Of a stretch of DNA of 64,000 bases, positions 1-12,921 are shown one piece after another (position 1 is the stretch's first letter; each line of letters begins with the position of its first letter). Both the position numbers and the translations under genes were made by a program. This stretch comes from Octopus vulgaris (taxonomy: Eukaryota): the NCBI GenBank assembly GCA_951406725.2, contig OX597816.1, positions 148,986,001 to 149,050,000 of the forward strand, read 5' to 3'. The notes beneath the pieces are model-generated. The model had not been told where the DNA came from. It saw only the letters and a list, made by a program, of their open reading frames with translations, and did no database searches.

Positions 1-520
1 CTTACAATTTACAATTGATCTGACAGCAGCTTCATTAAATTTGTATTTTTATCATATACATTGATTCCAAAGTTATACTCAATTTATAATGGATAGTGAT
101 CCCTCAACACTGTATAGTGTACATGATACTGTATTACAGGTGTGTATTTCTGTGTTGATGATAATATTAGATAATGAAATACTGAGCATGCTAAGTTACT
201 TGGCTTGCCCACTGATGTTTATCAATTGCACATCTCCTAACCCTGACATGGAGATTCAAGGAAGGATACAAAGTATGACTGAGTCTTAATTCACGATTTT
301 GTTTTCTTAATCAAAATTGTGGACAGGCTGCAGTACTAAAAGTTGACATCACAAGAGACTTCATATCATAAACCTTCTTAATACATTTATCCTACATATA
401 TCCTTGGTCTCTATAATTAATTGCAATATCAATGATCTCACAAATAAATTCTATAAGCTGATCTTTGTTATATTTCTCCTATTGGTGTGTGATGCTTAAA
501 AATGTATACCTGATATCTAC

Positions 521-901
521 CTTGAGACTTGTACGATAAGTATTTGTCCTCTGTTTCTGAGCTTCCAATCTTGCCTGCCTTTGTTCTGGTGTTTCTGCCC
601 GCCGTCTAGCAAGCTCTCTTTGCCTATGATTTCGTAATCTTAATTGCCTTTCTTCTGCAGTTTCATTTTTCCGTCTTTCCTTTACCCTCATAGCATTCCT
701 ATAAGCATTTGTCTTCTGTTTCCGATCTTCTAATCTTGCTTGTCTTTGTTCTGGTGTTTCTGCCCGCCGTCTAGCAATCTGACTTTGCCTATGATTTCGT
801 AATCTTAACTGCCTTTCTTCTGTAGTTTCATTTTTCCGTCTTTCCTTTGCCTTCATAGCACTCCTGGTGAGACGACCCAGTGCTGATACTTTGGGAGGCA
901 T
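521..901 (-). CDS. First coding exon (4 STPR-like 23-aa repeats) of a further STPR-BTB paralog (copy 0); remaining exons lie left of the window
   Basis: ATG at 901, acceptor ttttctag at 914-915, donor AAG|GTAGAT at 521/520. Repeats ETTEERQLRLRNHRQSQIARRRA and ETPEQRQARL. Bases 1-520 are homologous to the intron following this exon in the other copies. Confidence 0.75.
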
Positions 902-2037
902 AACTTCATAACACTAGAAAACAAGACGTCCTATTATCAGAGAACATTGACACATTTTCTAGATATCTAAAACTAAAATTAGTACAATATCTTTTAAACA
1001 TGTTACAAGCAACAAATTATACCAATAATCCTTTCCCAATTATGTCTACAGAAAACTAGTATTTATATGAAGATTCCAACTGAAATCTTAGTGTATGGTC
1101 TTCACATTGCACAATATTGCTCTTTATAAACGGAGTGTAAGGGATTAGCTCCCCTTGAAAACTATTGTAAATTCGCCATTTTACTAGCGATTAAACTTTG
1201 TATATACTAACACGTATTGGGTCCAAAATCTAAACTCCTGACATACATACATACATATATATATATATAAAGCTGCTTTGCTGGAGTTAACGTGAGAAAA
1301 GTAGTAAAATGTGATTTAAAACATTGCCAAGATGGACACATATTTTAGTAATTAGTTCGATTCCAGGTTTGTAGTTTTATATCGAATTTAGAAATATCAG
1401 GGGGTTTTTTATTTAACACGAAGACAATTGGATATTTACCCGATATTTCATTTTAGATCTTTCAACATCACAAGGATACATATGTCAAGGAAATTTAATT
1501 GTAACACAAATTCTGAATTCGACGAAATCAATGAGTATCTACCTTTTAATCTATTCTGGTGATCGCTGCTCGTTTATTTTGTAAATAATGAACAGATTGG
1601 AACGATTGGGTGGTTTACTGATTTTGAAGTCACAGAATAAACTATATATTTTCGTGTTTAATTGAAGCACGTTCATAAATTATTCTTATTGATTCTAATT
1701 TTTATAAAGTCCCTAAGGCTTTGTATTTTCTTCCCAGAAAATTTGTTATAAGAAACAAATCGATTACAGAGTTGTTCTTTCCTAATATTTTTTAAAACGA
1801 ATTTTGCGTAATGAGGAGTTTTTCTAAAATTTTCTATACATTATATTTAATTAGGATATAGTATCACATATATGTAAAAGATAGTTATATGGTATAAATA
1901 TTTACCCATATATTATTCACTAAAGCGCGACAGGCATGATTAACCATTCATCGCAAAAAGAGAAAAACAATATAGGTAAGCAGGAGGAAACAAAAAATTA
2001 TAATATTTAAGATGTGAAAATAATAGAAACAAATTAA

Positions 2038-2110
2038 ACTTACCCGAGAAGGGCCAAAAGTTGGTGCAATGTTAGTTTCCAGAGCCTGCAGGTTCGATAA
2101 CTCACTCACT
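2038..2110 (-). promoter_or_regulatory. Putative non-coding first exon and donor site of copy 0
   Basis: Strong donor CGG|GTAAGT at 2044/2043 in a block conserved upstream of the paralogs; left boundary (TSS) unknown. Confidence 0.45.
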
Positions 2111-2624
2111 TAACTAGCCTCGGAAAAATCTGAATGCCAATGATATTGCCGCTGAGCAAAGCTTCAAATTTCAGTAAAATATAATTTAATGTTAGTTGGT
2201 TTAAAATTATTTACTTTTAAGTAAATATTTATATTCAAGTGAACGAAAATTGAGTGTAATTTCATAATGTAATCTTTGGAAAAGTGGTGACGATATGATT
2301 AACTAACCCAAATTTCCTGATGCAGACCACTATACCTATTGTTATTTGACAATATCAAAACCTGACGGTGCTATTGGTCTCAGGGGATCAGTGGTCGAAT
2401 AGTTGGAGTTAACAACAAACAAGATGAGGACAAATATCTGTCAAATGTAAATAATTCCTCATCTCTTAAATATAGAACCATATTAACCACATCAGTTTCA
2501 ATCAGTCTGACAGAGTTATAGCCTCAAAGATCAAGGACACCGCTTTTCCATTTTCTCACGTAATTTTGCTAAACAAAACTGAAAACATCATAAATCACAT
2601 CTTTACTGGCACTCTGCTGGTTAC

Positions 2625-3180
2625 AAGTAGGGCTCCAGTTGATCAGTTCATCGGATCAACAGAACAGTCTGCACATGAAATTAGCATACAAGTGGCAGAG
2701 CACTCTGCAGACACTCTTTTACTTGTTCCAGTCATTTGACTACTAAGTTACAGAGACATAAACACACCAGTATTAGTTGTCAAACGATGTTGGGTGGGGG
2801 TGAAAAAACACACACACACACGATGAGTTTCTTTCCATCTACCAAATCCACTCACAAGGCTTTGGTCTGCTTAAGGCTATAGTAGAAGACACTTGCCCAA
2901 GGTCCCACTCAGTGGGACTGAACCCAGAACTATGTGGTTGGGAAGCAAGCTTCTTATCATACTTCCACACCTGTGTATCCTTAACATAGTTCTCAGGGAG
3001 ATTCAAAATGACTCAGAATGCAACAAGGCTGGCCCTTTTAAATACAGGTACTACTCATTTTCGCTAGTTAAGTGGTCTGGAGCAACTTGAAATAAAGTAT
3101 CTTGCTCAAAGATACAATGCACCACTAGGAATCAAACTCAGGACCTGAATACCCTAACCACTAAGCCACACACCTTCATC
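2625..3180 (-). mobile_element. Nested tRNA-derived SINE copies
   Basis: Reverse-complement tRNA-like heads (agtgggactgaacccagaac; ggaatcaaactc...accactaagccac) and a body ctaccaaatccactcacaaggctttgg recalled as typical of octopus SINEs. Confidence 0.55.
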
Positions 3181-4475
3181 ACCTGTCTACATCACAACAA
3201 ACATACTATGTGCAACTGAAAGTCTTTGTCAAAATCTACAATCTGAAGAGAATCTTTCTGCATTCAACCTTTAGAATTTAGATCAACCTTCCAGAAACTA
3301 TAGTTAGAATCATCTCATACTTCAATATTTGATTTCCTAAACAGACAGCAGTCATTTTCTTACAGAAACCATGAGCCAGTGACTGACCCTTTCAATTTCC
3401 CATCAAGAAGAAATCATGGATAGTCTTTCAAAAAGTAAAGACTATGAAAACTGTCCTCATTTAGAAAAATTTAGTACACCATTTTCTATGTTTGGAAAGG
3501 ATTGATAGATTAATAAAGAGTTAAGAATATAAATGAAGACATCAATGATTAAGATTAAAATTTCCAAGTATATCCATCCTTTTATTATTAATCAATGGAG
3601 GCTAACTAGCATACAGATCATTGAAGATAATGCTAGATGCATGGGTACAATGACTAATGGTTGGGGGGGGGTATTAATTTTCTGTTTTTGGATGGAAAAA
3701 CTTAGGAAATGAAATATTCAATATTGTAAATAAAAAACTAGAAACAAAACTTGACAATTCAATTTAATTTTTATTTTGTTTCCTTTGTTATTGCCATTTT
3801 GTATGGCCAAGATGTTTTTTTTAATTAGTGCAATTGTCTCACTGATAAAAGCTCTTCTTACTAATCATCGTAACATAAGAGTAGAAAATGTTTTATTTGT
3901 CAGGCACTCTGGAGCAGCTCATTGGTTGTAGAACTTCAGTTTCCACCCACAATAATGTAGTCAGAGACCTAGCACCCTAATATTAGAGCCATTAAGCCTT
4001 CATAATATATTTTATAATGTTGTAAATTCTAAGCATTAGAAGGGTTAGTGTTAGGAAGGACATCCAACCATAGAAACCAAGCCAAAACAGATTATGGAAC
4101 TTGGTGCATCCTCTAGCCTTGCCAGTTCTTCTCAAGCCATCCAACCCTTGCTAGCATGGAAAACAGGCGTTAAATGACGATGATCTGTTTTTATATTAAA
4201 ATAAACAATTTAATACAAATTTATATTGATATGATTTTGATTTTGATTTTTCCAGTTTCAGCTCATGAGCTGTGGCCATGCTGATACATTTTTATTTAAA
4301 TTTATATCAAATAAAAAATATCATCAGTGCCATTTATACATAAGGCTATCTTACCAGATAGAAGCTGTCATCCTAATACTGTTCATAAAACATCTTGTGT
4401 ATAAATATATAAGAAGATATTAGAAGAGCAGGAATACTTGGCAAATTACCCTTAGAAAGTGGAAATATCTGTTAA

Positions 4476-4548
4476 TAAACAGCCATGGGACTCAAACCCA
4501 CATCCCCCAAGACTCCGGCTGAGTGCCTTATCATTAAGCTAAACTATG
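4476..4548 (-). pseudogene. Degenerate tRNA-like sequence (SINE head or tRNA pseudogene)
   Basis: Minus strand reads TAGCTTAATGATAAGGC (A box) ... GTGGGTTTGAGTCCCAT (B box/T arm); other stems are imperfect. Confidence 0.35.
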
Positions 4549-6769
4549 TAGGATAATACTTTATCTTCAATGCACAAGTGCAACAGAGAGTTTCACGGGA
4601 AAGACAAAGTGAGAGAGGGAGAGAGAGAGCCATTGCTTTTTTGATGGCATCTAACAAAAAAAATAAGATAAAGTGGAAGAAGGAAACAGAGAGTTTCATG
4701 GGAAAGACACAGTAAGAGAGGGAGAGAGTAAGTGACTACGTTCATAAAAAATAAATTGTAAAATGTTTTGTTTTTTGTTTTTGAAAGGCACACTATATTT
4801 TATAATCATAGTATATATACTTTCTTACACAACAATTACAATATATTTATTTTAAATCGTTCGTCTTTCTCCCCCATCTCTCTCTCTCACACACATTACT
4901 TTGGGTGCGAAAGAGTTTTGTTTTTATTTTACACTGAGTAAAAAAGTGTTTTGTTGACAACCATTTATTTAACAACAAAGAAACAAAGAGGTGAGTAACA
5001 ATTTGTCAGTGAATTACATAATATAAATGGGTACAATTTGCAAGGCTTCCACCACACCTCACTCCGTTTCACGGACCACAAAAAGGGTTTTGAGGCCAGA
5101 GTAGTTGATTCCATGCAAAAAAAATCGATTTTTTTTCTTAGTGGAAATTATGCTAGTGTTAATCTACAAATTTATCAGCATTTCTTCCATTCATTTCTGT
5201 TTATGAACATGTATGCGTGCACAAAACATGCAATAGGTGTATGTACGTACATGTGTGTTCGTGTCTGTTGCCCATATATATTTATATTATATATATATAT
5301 ATATATATATAATATAACTAATTTCAACGGATTTCACCCAAATTAGTTTGGTTTGAAATAAAAAACTTGATTAGCTTAATAATCGTAACTTAATCCCAGG
5401 CAAGGCCAGGTTATACTGCTAGTGGCTGATATTTGTTATGGTTAAAAGCTATGGTTGAAAATAGATTTTTACCCTATCCACGGGTGCCTCGGGAAAAAAA
5501 TAAGTTGACAAAACCCAGATAGGATGTTGACAAATGTCCTCCTAAAATTTGAGCGACATGTGTGCTAATTTGTAGATGTGCATAAATTACAATCACGTAC
5601 ACACATCCTCCCTTTTATAGATATGATGTGTAATCTGGGTGAAAATCTATAGAGGTGTCTGAGTTAGAGAAAAGAACTGAAACAAGACACTGTCAACCAA
5701 CCAAAACTTTATAAATCAAACTAGCTGCCAAGAATGTCATAATGTGCACCATACTCTATTCAGTTTCCATATGTGTTTAGTCACAGTGGGTCTATCAGCA
5801 GTGTCTCTGAGAACAGTTGAACAGGGAGCTCTGTCACTGATGGAATTCCAATCCAATATAGACCTGAAATTTGTCCAATTGATATTTTCTTTCCTGTCCA
5901 CGAAAATATAGTGCATATATATAGAGAGAGGTTGCTTACATCTGCCTATTATATAAAATTTTGGCTAAAATCTATTGATATACTCAATAAGAATAAGAAT
6001 ATTTCTGTATACGTCACCCGTGTGATGTCTCCATTGAGTTGAAGACAATGGAATGAACACAAACTCCATTGAGATTTTAAACACAAAGATATTTACTTTT
6101 GTCATTAACAAACTATCTTTGTTACTATAAACACTGGAAAAGATATTTACACCAGAATAACACATCATCAATCAGTGTGAAAGAGTAATGCAAGTAGACT
6201 GTCTAGCAGCATGACAAGCATATGTCTCACTGGAAATGATTTAGTTAATTCTTGCAGCTAGCTGGTTTAGCTGAATCATCGACATCACCAGCCATTGATC
6301 TTAATGCAATAGCCACACTACTTGCAGCCAACTGGTTTTAAGGTGTGCACCACTACTACTTGCCAGTGGCAAAAGGAAGCTCTATTTACAGCTATATCTT
6401 TCAAAAACAGTGCTAGATGGAATTGTTAATAAGATCCTGTTTTACAAAACATTTATGACATCATCAGTAACAGAGCAAATCCTGTTCATATAGTTTAGGC
6501 ATCAGATAGAGTGATCCGCATTCAATTTCTAAGTGTGTTGGGACTGCCAAATATTCCTTCTACCACTCTGTAGTACAGAACAGCATTGAAATAAAACACT
6601 GCTGATACAACAATAATTTATTGAGTATATTAAATTCTTAGATATACAAGCTATGGTAATATTTTGTTTGGGTAATCATTCTAGTAAACATAAAAGTTTA
6701 CAGAAGAGTGCCCATGAGGCTAGTTTCGAATATGCTTTAAAAATCCTTAAATAAAGGATGCCCTTAGTA

Positions 6770-7690
6770 ATCTTTCACAAAGATGAAAAAATTGACTGAC
6801 TTTTTAAAGATATTCCTTTCGATGATTGCCCATTTACAGATGCAGAGTATGTGAAAGCATGGACATTCCAGAAGACTGGTGAGATCTGTGGTAAAGATGG
6901 AGTAGTTCTTAGAGTACTGGACTGTGTTTTTCTTGACGGCATTATATTAAGTTACCTAATAAGCAGAGAGAGATTTCTTTCAGTTCTGTTCTTACCAAAA
7001 ACTGTAACAGGATGTATGTCAACTATTTTCAGCCTGTTAAAATCTCTGCTGAAGTTTCAACGGAGCAAATTTCAAGAGTAAAAGACAGCCATAAACAAAT
7101 TTTGGTTCTGAGTAGGATCATCAAACAAGTGAGGAACAGAAAACTCCCAATAATCATAAGTTTCATTGGTTTTAAGAAAGTATTTCTTACACTTCATTGA
7201 GAACTTGTCTGCATTCTGAAAAGTATGACAATCCTGAGAAGCTAGCGCAAGCAATCAACAAGTTATGTATGAAGGCATGAGTGAAGATCAACTTGCTTGA
7301 CAGTGAAATGAATGTCTTCAACAACTTCACCAGTGTGCAGCAGGGAGATAGTCATTCTCCCTCTTTCTCTATTACTATTAGTCAAACATTCACTTGATAA
7401 TTATGTAGAGAAGCACTGAGGCCACACTGCAGTCAAGAAATGGAATTCATTGAGTCAGATATTAGTTGTTGGTCTTGGCTGTGTCAACATCTCACTTGCC
7501 TTACATACTGCTGAGCAAGCTTGTAAAATCCTGCTTCCAGTTAATACAGAATACATAAAAGTAGAACTATTCTTAAAGAAAACCAATGAACTTCAAATAC
7601 CAATGATACAGTCATGAGTAACAGCAATGGAGAAGCCTTCCAGGTAGCAAAGGATTCCAATTCTACAGTGCTTAGATCTCATCTTTGGCG
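6770..7690 (+). mobile_element. Highly degraded LINE reverse transcriptase relic in the 3' flank of copy A (paralogous relics at about 26500-27370, 38515-39430, 55117-56040)
   Basis: Remnant motifs ICGKDG, IIISFIGFKK (cf. FIDFKKAF) and VQQGDSHSPSF (cf. QGD-SP-LF), with many frameshifts. Confidence 0.55.
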
Positions 7691-7992
7691 ACTTCAAGGC
7701 AGCAGCACTGCCACCACCACTGTTATTGTTAAATCATTCAACTCCTAGTAGTACAGAGGTAATAAACGAGGATAACAACAGGTTACATCTAGCAGCAGTA
7801 GTCAACAAACAACAAGTTTATGTAGACAATAATGAAAGAAAAATTTTTCAACAGATTCTCACAAGACAGAAAACTCTTCTGTATTTTTCATTAGAAAATA
7901 AAACAAGGCAGTTATTTCAAAGATTATTTATTACAAAATTAAAGCTCAATTTATCAGTGTGTATGTGTGTGTACTGAAAACTATTTCTGATA

Positions 7993-10900
7993 TCAAGTAA
8001 GACCATCTGTTTTATATAAACCTGTATTTTTGACATTGGTAACTTGTGTTGATGATAATGGTAATCTGTCCCCTTCTGCTGTAAAAAGTCCTACAGGATA
8101 GACATCTTCATTGCTACCACAAATCACATTGTTGTCAATTAACTGAGTTGTTGTTGTTCGATTTAGTGATTTAGAAGAGTCTTCTCTTATGAGTCTTGAT
8201 TCAGAACACAGTTTTTCTTCACTATATGACACAGGAGATAAGTCAGAAACTGGAGAACTTTCAAATACATTACATTTTAATTTGGGTGATGTTCCATATA
8301 TCTTATTTGTTGTTGCTTTGCTATTTGTGGTATCTGAAAATGGTAAGCTAAAATCTGTAGTGGATATAGCTATGGAATTCAAAGGAGTGTTTAGCGCCTG
8401 AGAACTATCAGAAACTGAACTAGATGTTGAAGCTCTTTTATTCATTTGACCATATTTGTCATCATCAGGTCCTACAGGCTCGATTTTTACAGTGGGAAGA
8501 ATATCAGAACCAAATGGAGAGTTGCCACCGTTAGTGTCCAGAGATGCAGCCTCAAACTCTCGCTTAAAGATTCTGACTGTACCTTCTTTAAGCTGTGCTA
8601 ATTCATTCTGGGAAATCTCCTGCTTAATATCCTCAGTAGGAACAGCTGAAATATTAGATGGCATCTGCCGGGAATCATCAAATGCAGTGACTGTCGAAGC
8701 AAGTTGCTGACGTGTTCCACTTTGAAGATGAGCATCACACATATTTTGTAAATCTTTCATGTCTAATTGTTTTGCAATGACTTTTAGCTGTTGTAAAATA
8801 TTAAGATCAAGATCTAATAGTCCAGTATATATGTATTCAGCAAAAGCCATTAAAGCTTCTGTACTAACTACTTCAGGAAATTTTACTTCAAAAACCTGGG
8901 AAGAGATGTATGTACTAAATACTGAGAACAGTTTTGGAGACACAGCAGACAAAACAATTTTATGGACCTGAAATATAGTAAATGATAACAGTATGTTTAC
9001 AGCTTGCCAACAATACATTGATAGACACTTAAGAATCATGTTCATAAAATAGAAAAATGTAAGTTTGTTTTTCCAACTTTTACAAAAGCTACTGACTACC
9101 AAAAGCCATTGGAAGTTCATTTAAACTTCATTTATCTCAGAGAATTATTTCATTAATACTTTAACTAAATCAACTCCATTTTCTTTTCTGTAAAATATTC
9201 TATTGCATTTTAATGACTGAATCATAAAATTTTCTGATAATAATAAGACTCAATTGAATTCTATCTATAACTTCTGATAAAGGCATAAAAAATTTTATGA
9301 CTAATTAATTATAACAGATTTATCTAAAAATTGCACCAGTAAGAAAATACAAATCAACTAGACCTACCTTTAAGAAATATAGAGGGGAGTAGAATAAAGA
9401 ATATTGTGATATTAAGCACATTAGATCTTAAGCATAATCTTTTAGACTTACAAGCTAGATTTTTTAGTTATAATGATGATGACATTAGAAACAGTTTATA
9501 AATATGAAAAAGTTTACAACTGTATACTTACCATCACAGTAGATGAGCCATTGCTAATACTGGCATCACATAATTTCCTACTTCTCCACATAGATGCTAG
9601 GTTAGACATCACATAACGGTGATGACTAGTAACTAGCAATCTTTGTTTCGGTAAATCTGTTATTCTAATTATTGATTTAGATACAGTTGTTTGATTTGGA
9701 TCTTTCACCAGCTTTGATTTGGATGGAGTTATTTGAAATGGTGAAGTCAACACTTGAGCTGGTTTTGTAATATTTTGTGATGCTTGTGCTAAACTTGAAT
9801 CTTGCTGGACTGGCATTTTAGTAGTTAGATGTACACATTTTGAAGTCTTTGGAGATGATAAAGCACTGTCCATTTGCCTAAAATGAAAATTTGCAATTCA
9901 TTGAGAAGAAATATATATAAGAGAAAAACAATAACTCAACAGCATTGTCAAAATACCATTTTAGTTACCACATACCATCTGTCATGTGATTGTTGATTTT
10001 TTAACTTTTGATTCTGCAGGCGTTGCTCCCCAAGGTGCTGTGTTTCATTCTTTTTTTCTTGTATCATTTTCATCTGAGTATTGAGGAAGTGAGGCATGAT
10101 CAAAGAAAGATATAAAGAGATAAAAGAATAAAGATTTCAGTTCATTGGAAATAATTTGAACTATGACGAATTGATAAGTTATTTAATGCAAATGTCAATG
10201 ATAATTAAAAAGCTAACAAATAATATTTAATTTCCACATTGAAACTTTCACTAAGAAAAAATGGAATCTGTCAGCCACGTAAGTATATGGCAAATCCCCA
10301 AAAGCATTCAAAATCAACATGAACAGAGAATCTCTACAGAATTCCAAAATTGAAATGGGAATGGAGTTGGATGTTATACTTATCCTATTCTGAAATCTGA
10401 CATGGTGGTAGATTGTTATAATTTGACTTCAACATCAAATATATAGTAACTGCTGCCACAATTCACACAGACATTCTCTGGTAAATATTTTGCAGAAAAT
10501 TTTTCAACATTGTAATTCCTGATTGAACTTACAATTTACAATTGATCTGACAGCAGCTTCATTAAATTTGTATTTTTATCATATACACGGATTCCAATTT
10601 ATAATGGATAGTGATCCCTCAACACTGTATAGTGTACATGATACTGTATTGCAGGTGTGTATTTCTGTGTTGATGATAATATTAGATAATGAAGTACTGA
10701 GCATGCTTAGTTACTTGACCTGTCTGCTGATGTTTATCAATTGTACAGCTCCTAAACCTGATATGGAGATTCAAGGAAGGTTACAAAGTATGACTGAGCC
10801 TTAATTCATAATTTTATTGAGTTCATTTCTTATGAAAATTGTGGAGAGGCTGCAGTACTAAAAGTTTACATCACAAGAAACCTCATGTTATGAAGCTTCT

Positions 10901-12921
10901 TACGAGGGGTGTATGAAAAGTTTTGAGCCTAACCTAGAAACGGGGCTGCTAGGTAGCTGAAACAATTTTTTCTGGTAAGTACAGTCTTTTGGGAGTATTC
11001 TTGCTCATTTTCATGATTCTGATATTTTAATTTTTTTTGTTACAGATTTTTGAATAAGCAAGTGTCAAGGTTACAAGGAAAATAGAGAAAACTGAGTATC
11101 GTGCTGTCATAAAATACCTTTATTTGAAAGGCATGACTCCATCAGAAATCCATGAAGATATGGTGAGAACCTTAACAGACAGTGCTCCTTGATATGCAAC
11201 AGTCAAACTCTGGGTAAATAAATTCCAGTGTGGCAGGGAGAGTGTGGAAGATGATCCCACACCAGGGAGGCCTCCAACTGCAACCACCGAGGACAACATT
11301 GACCTTGCTCTTGGTATGATAATGCAAGATCATCGAATATCATGTCGTCAGATAGCTGAGAGACTGCGCATCTCAAATGAAAGAGCAGACAACATTGTGA
11401 CAAAAGAACTTGGGTTCTCAAAGGTTTCTGCTAGGTAGATCCCTTGCCTTTTGACTCCTGAACAGAAATGCATCCGGTGCACTTTGTTCATGAGTAATCT
11501 GGAACTGTTTGAAGCCGATGCAAAGAATTTTCTTGCTCGTTTTATTACTATGGACGAAAGTTGGGTTCATCACTACCAGCCTGAAACCAAAGAACAATCA
11601 AAGCAGTGGAAGCATACATCTTCTCCTACCCCAAAGAAGGCCAGGTCATTCTTTCAGCTGGCAAGGTCATGGCATCAGTTTTTTTGGATTCTCAAGGTGT
11701 CTTGCTGATCGATTACCTTGAAAAGGGTCACATCGTGACAGGGATGTATTATTCTCAGCTACTGTAATGCCTCCAGGAAGCAATCAAAGAAAAAAGGCCA
11801 GGAATGCTCACCAGAGGAATCCTTTTTCATCATGACAATGTTCCAGCCCATACCTCAGTGGTTGCCATAGCAACAATTCATGATTGTGGATACGAATTTG
11901 TTCCCCATCTGCCTTATTTGCCAGACTTAGCCCCCTCTGACTTTCATCTATTCCCAAAAATGAAAAAAGCCCTGGCTGGTCGCCATTTTGCCACTGACAA
12001 TGACGTCATAGACACTGTAGGAAGTTTCTTAGAGTCTCAAACAAAACAGTTCCTCTACGCCGGGATAATGGCACTTCAGCACCACTGGAGAAAGTGTTTA
12101 GCCATCAAAGGGGACCATGTTGAAAAATAAATCATCAGAAGTCTTGTACTATGTTTTGTTTTTTTGAGGCTCAAAACCTTTCAGACACCCCTCATAATAC
12201 ATTCATCCTACATATATCTTTGGTCTCTGAAATTAATTGCAATATCAATGATCTCACCAATAAATTCCATAAGCAGATCTTTGTTATATTTCTCCTATAG
12301 GTGTGTGATGCTTAAGAATGTATACCTGATATCTACCTTGAGACTTGTACGATAAGTATTTGTCCTCTGTTTCTGAGCTTCCAATCTTACCTGTCTTTGT
12401 CCTGCTGTTTCAGCCTGCTGACTAACAAATTGTCTTTGCCTTTGGTTTTGTAATCTTAATTGTTTTTCTTCTGTGGTTTCCCTTTTCTGTTTTTCTCTTG
12501 CCTTCTTAGCATGTTTGGTGAGATGGCCCAGTGATGTTAGTTTGGGATGCATAACTTCATTTGGTTGATCTTCATTCATGGAATTTCTTCGCTTTTGAAC
12601 TCTATTTCTCATATTCTGTAGATAAGTTTCCCTCTCCTCAGGATTCATGTTATTTCTTCTCTCCTGATCTTTGTCTCTTTTATTCTGAAGATAAAGTTCT
12701 CTCTCATGTTGGTCCATATTATTTCTTCTTTCACGATCTCTGTTTCTTCTATTCTGAAGATAAAGTTCCCTCTCCTCTTGGTTCATATTACTCCTTATTT
12801 TTTGCATACGTTCTCGAATACGGTCACGGACTGCTTGCCTCTCTTCTGTTGATAACCGCTGCCGTCGTCTTCTCTGTCTTTCTCTTGCTGCCGCTCTTTG
12901 TTGACTTATTCTCTCTTCCAT
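7993..12921 (-). CDS. STPR-repeat/BTB-POZ domain protein, copy A; join(12921-12337,10073-9976,9877-9532,8967-7993), about 667 aa
   Basis: GT-AG junctions with compatible phases (0,2,0) give one open frame. BTB motifs: LASMWRSRKLCDASI..VHKIVLSAVSPKL..AFAEYIYTG..IAKQLDMKDLQNMC. AATAAA on the minus strand about 60 nt after the stop. Confidence 0.85.
10903..12194 (+). mobile_element. Mariner (DD34D) transposon, full length, inactivated, in an intron of copy A
   Basis: About 28-bp TIRs (gaggggtgtatgaaaagttttgagcct), TA duplication at 10901-2 and 12195-6, empty site cttctTAatacat in paralogs. Motifs TMDESWVH, HHDNVPAH, PDLAPSDFHLF, with stops and a frameshift. Confidence 0.93.

Noticed and set aside
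89-289. Recurrent plus-strand ORF MDSDPSTLYSV (also 10523, 42378)
   Set aside because: Antisense to a duplicated intron; the frame is broken in copies B and D, so recurrence reflects segmental duplication.
7726-7977. Recurrent plus-strand ORF ..NEDNNRLHLAAVVNKQ.. after each copy
   Set aside because: Antisense to the 3'UTR/flank, non-ATG variable starts, no recognisable domain.
8968-9120. N-terminal extensions of the 361-375 aa BTB ORFs, and the VSIQL/VDIRYTF tails of the upstream ORFs
   Set aside because: Intronic read-through beyond canonical splice sites; the starts differ between copies.
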